A stretch of 64,000 bases of DNA, from assembly GCA_965655095.1 (NCBI GenBank), contig OZ296650.1:4154001-4218000 (forward strand), written 5' to 3'. The stretch is from Haplodiscus bocki. Its lineage: Eukaryota. A program made the position numbers and the translations under genes. Below the pieces are notes generated by a model, which saw nothing but the letters and a program-made list of their open reading frames with translations, was not told the origin of the DNA and did not search any database. This document shows positions 25,487-37,300 of this stretch, one piece after another; within the stretch, counting starts at the first letter, position 1, and each line of letters begins with the position of its first letter.

Positions 25487-26262
25487 ATGGAACTTCCAAG
25501 TAAAGTATTAGAACAAATAGCTTTCAATACAAGACTTAAAGTAGAGGAGCATATTTTGATAGTTATGTATTAAAGTACTCGTGAAGAGCACCATTATCAA
25601 CCACTGCAAACTAATAATAAACAATTTAAAATATCTGTTACTTTTCTATCTGCTTATGACGGTATTTTCAATGTTACAAACTTGAATAAAAAGTTTTATT
25701 TCAAGAAAAAGCACTTACTGTTGAGGATTTTATTCAAATATTAATTCCCAAGGGAGCTTACGAAATAGAAAATTTGAATACGGAAACCAATCGAAATATT
25801 ATTGCTAAAGGTCAATATAGTGAAAAGGAATATCCATTCATGATAAAACCAAATTTTAGTACATTGTGTAGTATTTTAGAAATAAAGCCACAAGGACCGA
25901 TAATTGGTTTGTTGTTTGAGGATAGTACTGGTGAGCTTCTAGGGTTTAACGAGACTATTTTATGGAAAGAATATACTCTCTCACCTAATATTATATCATA
26001 TGATAATATATTCATTGAAACTAATATTGCCAAAGGAATGATTTTTAAAGGAAGACGAACTGGTATTATTCATAATTTCACTATGGATGTCAATCTTGGG
26101 TATAAGTACGTTGAAAAATATCGTGGTGGAGTTCAATTGTATATGATGCATAGTAAAGATTTTATTTCACATATTAATAAAAATTTAATACATGAAAATG
26201 GTAATTTAGTATCATTCAACGGTCAATCAATAACATTTAGATTGTCAATCATGGAAATATAA
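25487..26262 (+). pseudogene. Minor capsid protein (penton, single jelly-roll), frameshifted
   Basis: 'GIFNVT…IPKGAYEIENLN…IFIETNIAKG…GIIHNF…LIHENGNLVSFNGQSITFRLSI'. Confidence 0.85.
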
Positions 26263-26280
26263 GTATTTAATACTTTATAA

Positions 26281-26505
26281 ATGCCAAAGAATTTAATAAA
26301 ATCAAGATTACATTCTAATGAACACAAACCTAAAATTAAACAGGAACCTAACAAAACTCAATCTAATTTAACTCCAAAACTACAGTCTTTGAAACAGAAA
26401 TTATTATCAAGAAATGGTTTTGTTGAATATAAATACTTTTTTATAAATCATGATTACTTGAAAAAGTATCATAAACAGAGGTTTAATATTGACAACGTTT
26501 ATTAG
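26281..26505 (+). CDS. Small basic hypothetical protein (74 aa)
   Basis: TAAATG start, Lys-rich, lies between penton and MCP. Confidence 0.5.
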   Translation: MPKNLIKSRLHSNEHKPKIKQEPNKTQSNLTPKLQSLKQKLLSRNGFVEYKYFFINHDYLKKYHKQRFNIDNVY

Positions 26506-26520
26506 TTTTCTAATACATAA

Positions 26521-27805
26521 ATGAGCTTAGAAGATTTTGAATTATTAGATAATGAACCATTTGATAAATCTATTATAAAAAGAGATTTTCTAAAAATATA
26601 TCATCAACAAGGCGCTAATTTAAACAATTCAGATCAAAATTTTGTTTTCATATTTGGTGAAAATAAAATTTATCATCAGATTGGGAATGCTTATTTTGAA
26701 TTTGATATAACAGTACGAAATCCTATTGCTAGTTTGGCCGACGACGCTGCTATAAGGTTGTTTAATAATGGTTTAGCTTATGTGTTTAAAGAAGCAAGAC
26801 TGAGTACTACCTCAGGAGGTGATCTAGAGCATAATACTTTTGTTGGTAAAGTTTCTCCTATTATGAGAGTTTTAACTAGTAAAATGGTGATTTACTATGA
26901 CAATTTGATAATATTAATGAAGAAATAGGTGCTGATGATGATGAAACCTCGGATAATATCCGTAGTATTTCTTTGAACAAAATGAATATTAATAATCCCT
27001 CCGAAGCTAATAGAGGAAGAATAATAGGTCAAATAACATTAGAGCATATATTCGGTTATTGTAAAAAATTTAAAAAGATTACTAAAAATCTCGGGTTTCA
27101 CCTAACATTTAGAACTGCCAATCTACAAGATGTTATTTATACAACATTAGCAGATGCTGTTCGAGTTAATGTAACAATTAACAGTTTATATTTATAAGTA
27201 CCATTTTTAAATCCTAGTACTGAAACACAACTTTTACTCAATGAATCCCCTGAAAAAAACTATAGAATTTTTTTTGATGAATGGTATACAGAAAGAAGAA
27301 TTGTTACAGATCAAGCATATCAAGTTGATATCGGATCAGCACAATCAGTTGATAGTCCAATATTTTTAATTTGTGCTCATCATACAGATGATAGATCAAA
27401 TCTTCCAAGCAAAAGAAGAAATATCTCAATTTTTGATAATCATGATGTAAGAAATTTTTTCATTGAGTAGACGGTATTCGTTACCTTCGCGATAGTGTTC
27501 TTACAAACTATGGATTAAATGATTATCTAGACCAATATAAAGTTGTTAAATTTTTTTATGAAGAATATGTCGTTGAAGAATTATTAAATCCATTTATATC
27601 TTACACTGATAAGACAAACAAATGTCCTATCCAAGTAATAGATCTTAGGTTTCAAGTAGATCACATAACCCCCAAAAAAATTCAATTATTCGAAGAGCGT
27701 AGAGCCGATCCAGCCAATGCTAGATTATTTGTTATATTAATAAAACGAAGAGGAATTGAAATGATTTCAGATGGAAATAAATTCGTTGAGGTCAAAGGTA
27801 TATAG
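26521..27805 (+). pseudogene. Major capsid protein (double jelly-roll), disrupted
   Basis: ~425 codons from 'MSLEDFELLDNEPFDKSIIKRDFLKIYHQQGANLN…AYFEFDITV…LFNNGLAYVFKEARL' through 'TLEHIFGYC…KITKNLGFHLTF' to 'EMISDGNKFVEVKGI*'; several stops and frameshifts. Confidence 0.88.
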
Positions 27806-27874
27806 TTACTCATATTCAGATATTAACTATCATCATACTTGTATGAATAAGTTATCTTATTTCTAATTATAAAT

Positions 27875-28273
27875 ATGAAAATATGAAACTTTAAAGATTT
27901 TATGAAAAAATATAAGTTGAAAATTGATACTATGAATGAGTCACAACTACAGACAATTTATAATTATCCTATATATCCTAGAGATTCTAAAATATATTCA
28001 GATAAAGGATTTGTAAATATAGACAATGGTAGTACGGGAGGAAATCATTGGACTTGCTTTTATATAGAAGATAACGAATCCTAATATTTTGTTAGTTTCG
28101 GTTGTCAGCCAGATAAATTTCCACTCAATCAATTACTTGAACCAATAACCTATCATAATTATATTATACAAGACATAAGTTCTAAATTATGTGGATCATA
28201 TTGCTGATACTTTTTCTATTTAATTGAACGGATGAATTATTATGATACAATTCTAAAAATGTATTTTCGGTAA
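27875..28273 (+). pseudogene. Adenain/Ulp1-like maturation cysteine protease
   Basis: 'VNIDNGSTGGNHWTCFY…YFVSFG…IQDISSKLCGSYC': catalytic His, Gln and Cys present, Asp mutated; in-frame stops. Confidence 0.88.
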
Positions 28274-28281
28274 TTTTAAAA

Positions 28282-29616
28282 ATGCCTATTAACGTATTTG
28301 GTAATAGTAACTCACATGATAATGGTAACAAAATCGATAATTCTCTATTTGTACAAAAACCATATTTGAGGACTAATTATTTAGAAGCAAACATCGAAGA
28401 AGATATTGACATAAAAAATCAATATAAAATTAAAAATCTACCTTGTCCTCAAAAAAACTCAGATGCTGTTTGTAAATTTTATGTAGACAATTTATTCAAC
28501 GATCCTGGTATGTTAAAAAACACTGCACATATTGATCTGAAAGATAGAAATATCACTAACGCAAGATTTAACCAAGTCAATCAATTGCCTCAAATCGACT
28601 CTCATTTAACAGCTAAGCTATATGTTGATAATGCTATAGACGAATCATCTTTAGTTAGCAATAATCAAGATAATGATTTTAACAATAATGACCTAACTAA
28701 TATAATTAGTATTACGTTGAATAAACAAGCAGAAAATGATAATGAAGTCATTACTAAACCTATGTGGATCAATTTCATCAAGAAAATGAACGATCACGAC
28801 GAGATTTAAGAATTGATTTTTATGATATAGCAAATGTCTTGGTAAAGAACAATCAAGGTTTTGACTTCAATGACAAGAAATTAACAAACATAGTTTCTAT
28901 AATAGTTAATAGAAATCCTAATTCAGATAACGAGCTATCAAACAAAAAATATGTAGTTGATTCAATAGGAGAAGATACAATAGTTAGATTTAATCAAACA
29001 CTACAAAACTATCTCAAAGTATCTGTTGGTAATGATACTTATAATTTGACTAAATATAATAAAATATAAATTATAGATACAACAAGTATCTAATATCCAA
29101 ACGTCGGGGGATATCTATTAAAATAGTGGAATATCAAATGTAACGCTAAAAACAACAATGTTAAAAAACAAATTTTTATACGTTCATCAAAAACACACAG
29201 GCCTACATCTCATTCGGGAGCAACATCTTTATCACCCATCGGTTTTGCGTTTATGTATATAGAGACAAGTTCAAACAATCATGGACCAAATGTATTCGTC
29301 AGCTGGCAGAGAACTGATATCATTCAAATAACTAATATAACATTCTATCACAACAGATTTTCAATTTTAACTGATGATAATTTAAAAAATATGGGTCGTT
29401 TTAGAATTCAGTTATTGTTAGGTTATAACACTTGGAGTACTCATTATACAATACCTCAAAAGAGTCAATATAGTGATAATCCAATTGATTGGACATTACT
29501 AAAATTAGTTTTTACTGTAAAAAAATTATAATATTAAACTAGTTCTAGATCAAATCGATACGGCACTTTCTGATATGTGTTTTTCAAATATAACAATAAC
29601 ACATTCTGTATTTTAA
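28282..29616 (+). pseudogene. Putative fibre/adhesin: four K-x-YVD stalk repeats plus a C-terminal MAM-like domain
   Basis: Repeats 'KIKNLPCP…DAVCKFYVD', 'LTAKLYVD', 'VITK.YVD', 'LSNKKYVV'; head 'FMYIETSS…ITFYHNR…MGRFRIQL…W…DW…IKL…DMCFSNITI'. Confidence 0.7.
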
Positions 29617-29884
29617 ATGAATTATGAAAACTTTTTTAAAGTTTTTTTCGAATCAATACCAGATTATAGAAAGATTGTCTTTTTAGTATTCTTAATCCAA
29701 AATGAATTTAGTATTCTTAATCCAAAATGAAAAAGATTTATTACGCGAGGTTGGTTTTAGTGAACGTGATATTAACCGTTTAAATTTAGAGTTCAAAAAC
29801 TTTTCAACAGAACAACATGAGGAATACTTAGATTATATTAAAAATGAAGAAGAATCAATAATTGAAAAGACATTAAATAAATAA
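29617..29884 (+). pseudogene. Hypothetical protein broken by a 25-bp tandem duplication
   Basis: TAAATG start at 29617; 'tttagtattcttaatccaaaatgaa' occurs twice (29682-29731). Confidence 0.65.
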
Positions 29885-30219
29885 ATGAAAGATATTACAC
29901 ACAAACGATTGTTATTATTATTACTATCTTTGACAGAATTATATATTTTTATAACCAAGTGTATTAAATTATAAGATTTTGATTAGGTAAATGGAACAAT
30001 ATTTCTCAACTTTGTTTGAAGATGTTATACATGGACGTTCAATAAAATTATTAGTGTAACTAACAGATCCAGACATATTGAAACAATCCAAATTCACAGA
30101 TGATGAAATTAATATAACAAAAAACTGGCCCTTGAAAAAATACACCGCCAAAAGTGTTCAAAGGATTATTTTGCTTTACAATTTTTAGAAAAGTATTTTG
30201 CGTTTAATAAATTCGTGCA

Positions 30220-30825
30220 AAGCCCAATTTGGAAAATGATCCAGAATTGTTACAGAGAAAAACAAGAGATGATGGGATTAAAAATCTGAAATATCAAACA
30301 GAAAAACATGATCATTAGATTATTTTAAAATCTCCTACAATTGATAATGAATATTATAAAAAAAGTACAAGATTTTGAATATAAAGAAAATATTAATAAT
30401 TATCACTGAAATTTCTATCGGATCAAGATCAGCAATAGGTAGTTCAACAATGGAACTGATTAATCCAGGTGCTGGCAATTTTATTTCAATTAGTACCGCT
30501 CTAATAACTAGTATTGCTATCTTAATCACTAACGAATATTTTAGTAAATTCAAAATAAGGTATACTAACTTGTGTGATTGGATTATTGTTATTACACTGC
30601 TATATGAAAAGACTTTGAAAACTTCTATGGTTGATAAGAAAATTGATGAAAAAGAAGCACAAGGATTGAAAAAGCTTTATAATCATTATGTTGATAAAAA
30701 GATCTGAACTCATGAAAAATACTCAATTCAAAGTAGAAGATGTTTATGGCGAAGTTATAAGTAAAGATAATTTGAGTCAAGATCAAATAACCAAACTTAA
30801 TAGTTTTTTAGCGAATTTATTGTGA
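30220..30825 (+). pseudogene. Two-helix membrane protein typical of Polintons/adintoviruses
   Basis: 'YKKKYKIL' followed by hydrophobic Gly/Ser/Ala-rich helices ('ILIIITEISIGSRSAIGSS', 'ISISTALITSIAILIT') and 'KTSMVDKKIDEKE'. Start approximate. Confidence 0.6.
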
Positions 30826-30932
30826 ATATAAATATAAAAGTCAATTTTAACTTTTTCAAACCTATAATGAAAAAAAGTATTGATATTGAACCCAATGCTC
30901 CTACGTATTACGAAAAAATCATTTGTATATAA

Positions 30933-31089
30933 ATGATAAAGACGTGGTGCCTCGGAGGTTGTCATTATAGTAACACTAATAATATAACTCAATAAGAAGA
31001 GAAACCCTATGACTGAGAAACTTGTTAAAATTATCAGTGGAACTTGTAGTATTTGCGGTCGTAATAAATCACAAATTTTTACTAAGTAA
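30933..31089 (+). pseudogene. Small zinc-ribbon protein (DUF5679-like)
   Basis: 'MIKTWCLGGCHYSNT…KIISGTCSICGRNKSQIF'; TAAATG start; one frameshift. Confidence 0.6.
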
Positions 31090-31532
31090 ATGACTCGAGG
31101 AGAATCTTTTGTTAAAAATGCAGAATGTACACACGGACGTCGATCAGCTATGAGTAACTCAGCTTGATGTGATTTAAAAAAAATTGTACTGTGTTGAAGT
31201 TACATGATATGTGCCATAATCCAAAACATAATTGCTAAAAGCAGATAACTTTTCGTCTTAGGTAATTTCAATTAGAAGGTAATGGGTTTAAAAATACAGT
31301 GAAAAAAAATTTCAAGGGATCTCAAACAGCTTGGAATAAATTCTTGAAACCGACGATAAATACACTGGCACCAGTGATAGGGATGGCTGTTGGAGCAAAG
31401 AGTAAAAATAAACAAGTTGGAGCTGCAACGACTAATATATTAAAGAGTATAACTGGAGAAAGAATCCTGAGCCTGACGGACATGCATGGGCACGGTGTAA
31501 AGTTGAAATTAATGTGGAATCATTTCAAATAA
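31090..31532 (+). pseudogene. Putative protease-processed core/membrane-active virion protein
   Basis: Cys/His-rich N-terminus, then 'LEGNG-FKNTVKKNFKGSQTAWNKFLKP…' and 'MHGHG'; both fit the adenain consensus (M/L/I)xGx/G. Confidence 0.55.
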
Positions 31533-31548
31533 AATTTCAATATTAAAA

Positions 31549-32130
31549 ATGGATGATGATTTGAAGAGATGCTCCAAATGTGAAAATATACAATTGAAGG
31601 GTAATTTTCATGAAAAATCAAGATCTAAATATGGAATAACACCACATTGCAAACGAAAAATTCTTAGAAAAAAATACTATGATGAAGATTTTGATTTAGA
31701 GATTAATAGACGTAGAAAATACCGTGTTGATACTAAAGAAAAAATAAATGATTATAATAAAAAGACAAGAGAATCAGATCTAAATTTCAAATTAGTTTGT
31801 TGTTTACGATCAAGAACATCATCAGCATTCAAGTCTAAAAATATTAAGAAAACGAATAAAACTTTTGATTTATTAGGATGTTCTCTTTCGTTTTTTCGAA
31901 GATGGATTATTCATCAATTATATGGTAATATGACTATTGAAAATTATGGGTCCATTTGGCAAATCAACCACTGTTTACCAATAGCATCATTTAACCTATT
32001 GAATGAAAATGATATGAAGAAATGTTTCGATTGGGTTAACTTAAGGCTTATGTTTTTTACTGAAAACAACTCAAAGAAAGCAAAAATTGATCACTATCTA
32101 TATCTTTGTCAAGAGGTGAAAGCTAAATAA
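31549..32130 (+). CDS. HNH-type endonuclease with an N-terminal zinc finger (type common in large DNA viruses and phages)
   Basis: 'KRCSKC…F…G…HCK', 'LRSR', 'DLLGCS', 'MTIENYGSIWQINHCLPIASFNL…KCFDWVNLRLM…ENNSK'; the usual DH is NH here. Confidence 0.78.
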   Translation: MDDDLKRCSKCENIQLKGNFHEKSRSKYGITPHCKRKILRKKYYDEDFDLEINRRRKYRVDTKEKINDYNKKTRESDLNFKLVCCLRSRTSSAFKSKNIKKTNKTFDLLGCSLSFFRRWIIHQLYGNMTIENYGSIWQINHCLPIASFNLLNENDMKKCFDWVNLRLMFFTENNSKKAKIDHYLYLCQEVKAK

Positions 32131-32143
32131 TTTATGAAATTAA

Positions 32144-33001
32144 ATGCCCAAGAAGGACAGAACGAAAATATTCATTGATGAGATATTTTCTGAACCACCT
32201 GAGAAAACTTATGAAACCAATAAAATATTTTATAATCTTATCGATGAAATCTGGAGTATTGATTTGGCTGACATGATTGACTACAAAGTTTCAAATAACA
32301 AAGGATACAGATGTATATTCATCATCATTAACATTTTTAGTGAATAATTGTGGGATATACCTCTTAAAAATAACTCTAGTCAAAATATCACAATTGAATT
32401 TTCAAATATTTTAACAACCTGAAAACGAAAGCCTCTCAGAATAGAATCTGATAGAGGTACTGAATTTTATAATAGTATTTTCCAAAATTTTTTAAGAAAT
32501 AGAAATATACCTAACTTTTCAAGATTCACAGATAAAGGACCTTCAATAGCTGACCGTGTTATTAGAACAATACGTAATTTGTTAAAGAAACCAGTCTTTT
32601 TAGCAGGAAACGCTGATTGGTTAAGTGAACTTCCATGTGTTTTTAAACAATATAAAAAAACCATTCACCATTCAATAAAAATGACTCTACTTCAGGTTAG
32701 TAAAAAATCAATTGAAAAACTAGTCTATTCCAATCTTTAGGATCAAAGAGATAAACAACTACCAAAATTTAATCTAGGTCAATTAGTCAGAACCGCAGAT
32801 GTTAAAAGTGTCTTTAGCAAGGGTGATAGTACAGACTATAGTTATAAATTATATAAAATAACTGAAGTCATTCACGATACTATACCATCATATAGATTCA
32901 ACTATTTACCCGAGAGATATAATCAAAACCTCTTACTACCAACTAAATTAACTCTCGATGAAATTAATAAAAATATGAAAGAATTAAATTTAATTCAATA
33001 A
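32144..33001 (+). pseudogene. Retroviral-type (rve, DDE) integrase of the Polinton
   Basis: 'WSIDLADM…NKGYRCIFIII', 'IESDRGTEFYN', 'IADRVIRTIRNLL', 'HHSIKMT', 'KFNLGQLVR…FSKG'; in-frame stops. Confidence 0.92.
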
Positions 33002-33011
33002 TAAAATAAAA

Positions 33012-34334
33012 CTTGAAAGGAATTAACAAGAGATGAAATACTTGAAAAATATGCTAAACATTGTGGTCATTGCCATCGAAATACATTATTACCATACGAA
33101 TATGAATGGACTTATATTTCATGCGGATTCAACTTAATAAAAAAACACCAACTCTCTAAATGTTCTAAAAAAAAAAAATTCCATCACTCGATTGAATTAT
33201 GCTGAACACTAAATATTTTGCATATGTGTAGATGTGTACAAACTTTATGAAGGTAATGATTATGATAAAATATACGAAGCTTTATCAACATTAGAAAATA
33301 AAAAAGTAAAAGTAAACAAAATCTTAATCGAGAATTTTAAAAGAATGTTAGAAAATCCCAATTTTGGACAAGATTATTGGTCAAGAACTGCAGAAGGTAT
33401 TTTCAAAATCGGACATGATAGTATTAAAGAACGAAATGAGGATTTTATTAGCATCGATCTTATTATGATAATATGAAATATTATGATTTAAAGGGGTTCT
33501 GTTTGTAAATATGTAAATGAAATATCTCAATGGTGAACATTACGTTGAAGTAAAAATCATCGATTTAAAATTCGCCCCACTGAAAATAATATTTTACGAA
33601 AACGAGATCCTCCAACTTCATTGAGAACTCAATATCAAGTACAAAATGAGACTCAGATAAGGAAGAATCAGAAAGTAATCAAAAATGATAATGATGAATT
33701 AGTAGTTAAAAAATATCCTAAAAATAAGCAACCAATTATTCAAGAACGAAAAATTAATTTACCTTCATGTCCTAGTTTTAAACAAAAAAAATGGTCAAAA
33801 TTCGATAAAGGGTACCATTGCAAAAATTGTGAATACATTATCAACAAACAAAAACATCAGATTGATAAAAAAATTCGTAGACAAGATCATAATTTTTCTA
33901 TTAGATTAAATTATGCTAATAAAAAGATTAGAGAAATTTGGACGAATTTAGTTAACACTAAATATAATTCAACAGAAGATATGATTAAAAAATTACAACA
34001 GTTATAAGGAAAAACAAAATTAAATTTTTATAAAAATATAAGTAATTATTATGATAATTTGAATATTAAGATGGATGAAGATCCTTTTGCTAAAAATGCT
34101 CAAGGTATTAGTAAAATTTATCATGAAGTGTTATTACTGATGAAGTTTTTACAGACTAGACCACAGGTTAAAAATACGAATAGTAATTATTATGGTTTAT
34201 ATTATACCGTTATTAAAAATAGAAAAGAAAAACAAATTTTAGATAATCAATATGCAAATGATTATATTAATTTTATTGATAATATACCTAATCATTATAT
34301 TGAGATTAAACCTCCGGAAACATTTTTGAAGTAG
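33012..34334 (+). pseudogene. Polinton hypothetical ORFs with zinc-ribbon motifs
   Basis: 'KHCGHCHRNTLLPYEYEWTYISCG' plus track ORFs 33234-33476, 33621-34007 ('CPSF…YHCKNC') and 34059-34334. Confidence 0.5.
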
Positions 34335-34398
34335 AGAAAAATGAGATCTCAAATAAATCATTTCAAATAATTCTTACTATATAAATAGAGACGTAGAA

Positions 34399-37300
34399 AT
34401 GAGTAGCCGCAAATGTGAAATTTGTAATGTTGATGTTCATAGAGCATCTTATGTGAAACTTTTGAGAAGTAAAAAACACTTGGAAAATATGATAAAAGAT
34501 GAAATCATTATACCAGAATTGTTATTTAAAGATGAACAAGCACCTATTAAGAAACAAATAAAAATGTATATAACCCTAAAACATTAAAACAGATAGCCAG
34601 AGAAAATATTAAAATGAATGATAAAGAAGTAGAAAAAGACTTAGCTAAGAAGATGAATAATCCATTTTTTATGAGAATATAAAAATTGGTTTCAAAATTA
34701 ATCTAGAAAGTCATAATATTAATCATGCAAATTCTCTTATAACAATTACACCCAATTTTCCAGATATCGGTATTGAAACAAGATATATTGATGAAATCTC
34801 AAGAGAAATGGCTACTATTTACGCTAGATTAGAAAATCAATATAAATTCAGATATCAATTATTATTTTCAGCTAGCTTTTATAAGACTAACGAAGAAGAT
34901 CAACGAAGTGATAAAATTGAACTTTTTGTTAATTTGAATATTAACAATAATTTAACAGAATCTGATGTTGATAACATTGACATTAAATCTCAATTCGAAC
35001 ATCAACTTCAAAATAAAAAAACAAAGGAATCAGGTTGGATATTTGATAAAAATAATTCAATGAAAACCAGTTTCTATAAAACTGGTGAATTAAATGGTTC
35101 TTCTTATGTTAAAATTCCCTTGAGATCAAATGCTTTAATAAATATTCAAAGTGATGATAAATTTTGTTTCATTTGGTCAATATTAGCTAGTCTTCATCCT
35201 TGTGATAATGATCATCCTAATAGATTTTCAAATTAATCAAAATTTTTTAATGAATTAAACATTGATGGTTTTGATTTTACAAACGGATTCAAATGTAGTC
35301 ATGTTCACAAATTTGAAAAATTAAATAATTTATCTATAAACATATTTGAATTAAACTTTTACCAAGATAAAGATAAATGGAAACATAATTTAATTCCTAT
35401 AGAAATTAGTAAAAATGAATCAGATAAAGTTGTATATTTTATAATCTATAAAAATCATTATGCTCTCATTAAAAAGTTAAATGTATTTTTAGGAGATCAT
35501 CACAAAAACTTTATGTGTAGTCGATGTTTGAATTCATATACATTTGAAAATGCTTTAATGAATCATAAAGAAAATTGTGGCGATGATAATATTTGTACTA
35601 TTAGAACATCAAATGAATCCCATTTTTATTGGAAAAAACATTTTCATAAGAATATACTATATTTTAGATTACATGCTGATTTTAAAGCTGATAATGAAAA
35701 AGATAACTCTAGTGTAGGTAATAAAAGAGCTAATATTTATAAACAAAAACCCAGTACTTAATGGTTATCGTATGGAATCTGAATTGAATGTTATTTTACA
35801 AAGTGGTTGTTATGAATCTCCTCTAGGTTATAATAATGTTGGTTTGTAAACTAAGTTAAAAAATTAGTAAAATAAAATGGCTTTCTATTTTAAAAACACT
35901 AAGAAAGACATCATTATGACAAAAAAAGATAAGGAAGATTTTGCAATTAATAACATTTGTCGATTTTGTGCAAAAAAATATTTAATCTGATAAAGTTAGA
36001 GATCATTGCCACTTAACAGGTAAAAATGGAGGTCCAGCTTATGACATTTGCAATTCAAAAGTTAGTCAACAACAAAGTAATATTATTCCATTCATTTTTC
36101 ACAATTTTAGTATTTAGGATTGTCATGGGTTCTTCAAGAGATTAGTTGATTTAAAAAAGAATGATAAACTAAAATTTGATATAATACCTAAAACAAATGA
36201 AGAATACATATCAGTGACTTATGGTTGTATCAGAATTATAGATAGTTATAGATTCTTATCAAGTAGCTTAGATTCATTAGTTAAAAGATTAATTGAAAAT
36301 AGTCATGGAACATTGAAAAATTTGAAAACTGAAATTGTAGATAATGATGAAATATTCAAAATTGTTAATGAAATAGAAGAAGAGGATAGAAGTATTAAAA
36401 ATTTAAAAAAAATATCCAAATGAAATTGAGAAATTAGAAGAGGCTTTACTTACTTATCAGGGTGGACATGATCTTAAATTTTTGAAGACGGAATTTCCTG
36501 AGAAAATGAAGCTTTTGACTAAAAAATGAACCATATACATATGAATGTTTCAATAGTATTGAAGATTATCAAAAAAGCCTGTTAATATTTTAAAGAACGA
36601 ATGTTTTTTTAGTAAATTATAAAACGGTTATCCTAATGATGAAGAAACAAAAAGAACAAAGGAAATTGTTAGAAAATACGATATTAAAAATGGAGAAGAA
36701 TTGACACTATTATATATAAAAAGTGATGTACCTTTGCTTACTCTTACTTGTGTGTTTGAAAGATTTATAAAAGTGTCAGTTAATGAATTTGGTATCAATC
36801 CTCTATATTGTGTTACTTTACCAGGTTGTACTCGGCAATGTGGATTAAAATATACAGGAAGAAACTTACAAACACTTCAAGATATTGATTTGATTCTGTT
36901 ATTAGAAAATATTATACGAGGCGGTATAAGAAGTGTTATGGGTAAAAGATATGTAAAATCAGATGAAAATAAAAATATTTTTTATGCAGACGCTAATCAT
37001 TTTGATGGTCACTCAATGTCTCAACCGTTACCTTATGATGAAACTGAATTTCATAAGAATGTTAAATTGGAAGATATATTAAATACTCCCGATGATATTG
37101 ATATTGGTTTTTTCATTGAAGTTGATTTGACTTATCCTGATAATATAAAAGAGAAAACAAAAAATTTCCCGTTCGCTCCTGAAAATGAAAAAATTAATCC
37201 CGATAGTTTCACTGATTATATGAAAGAGATTATACCTGATAGTTATACTCAAACTGGAAAATTGATATGTGATTGATCTGATAAGAAATTTTATTCGGTT

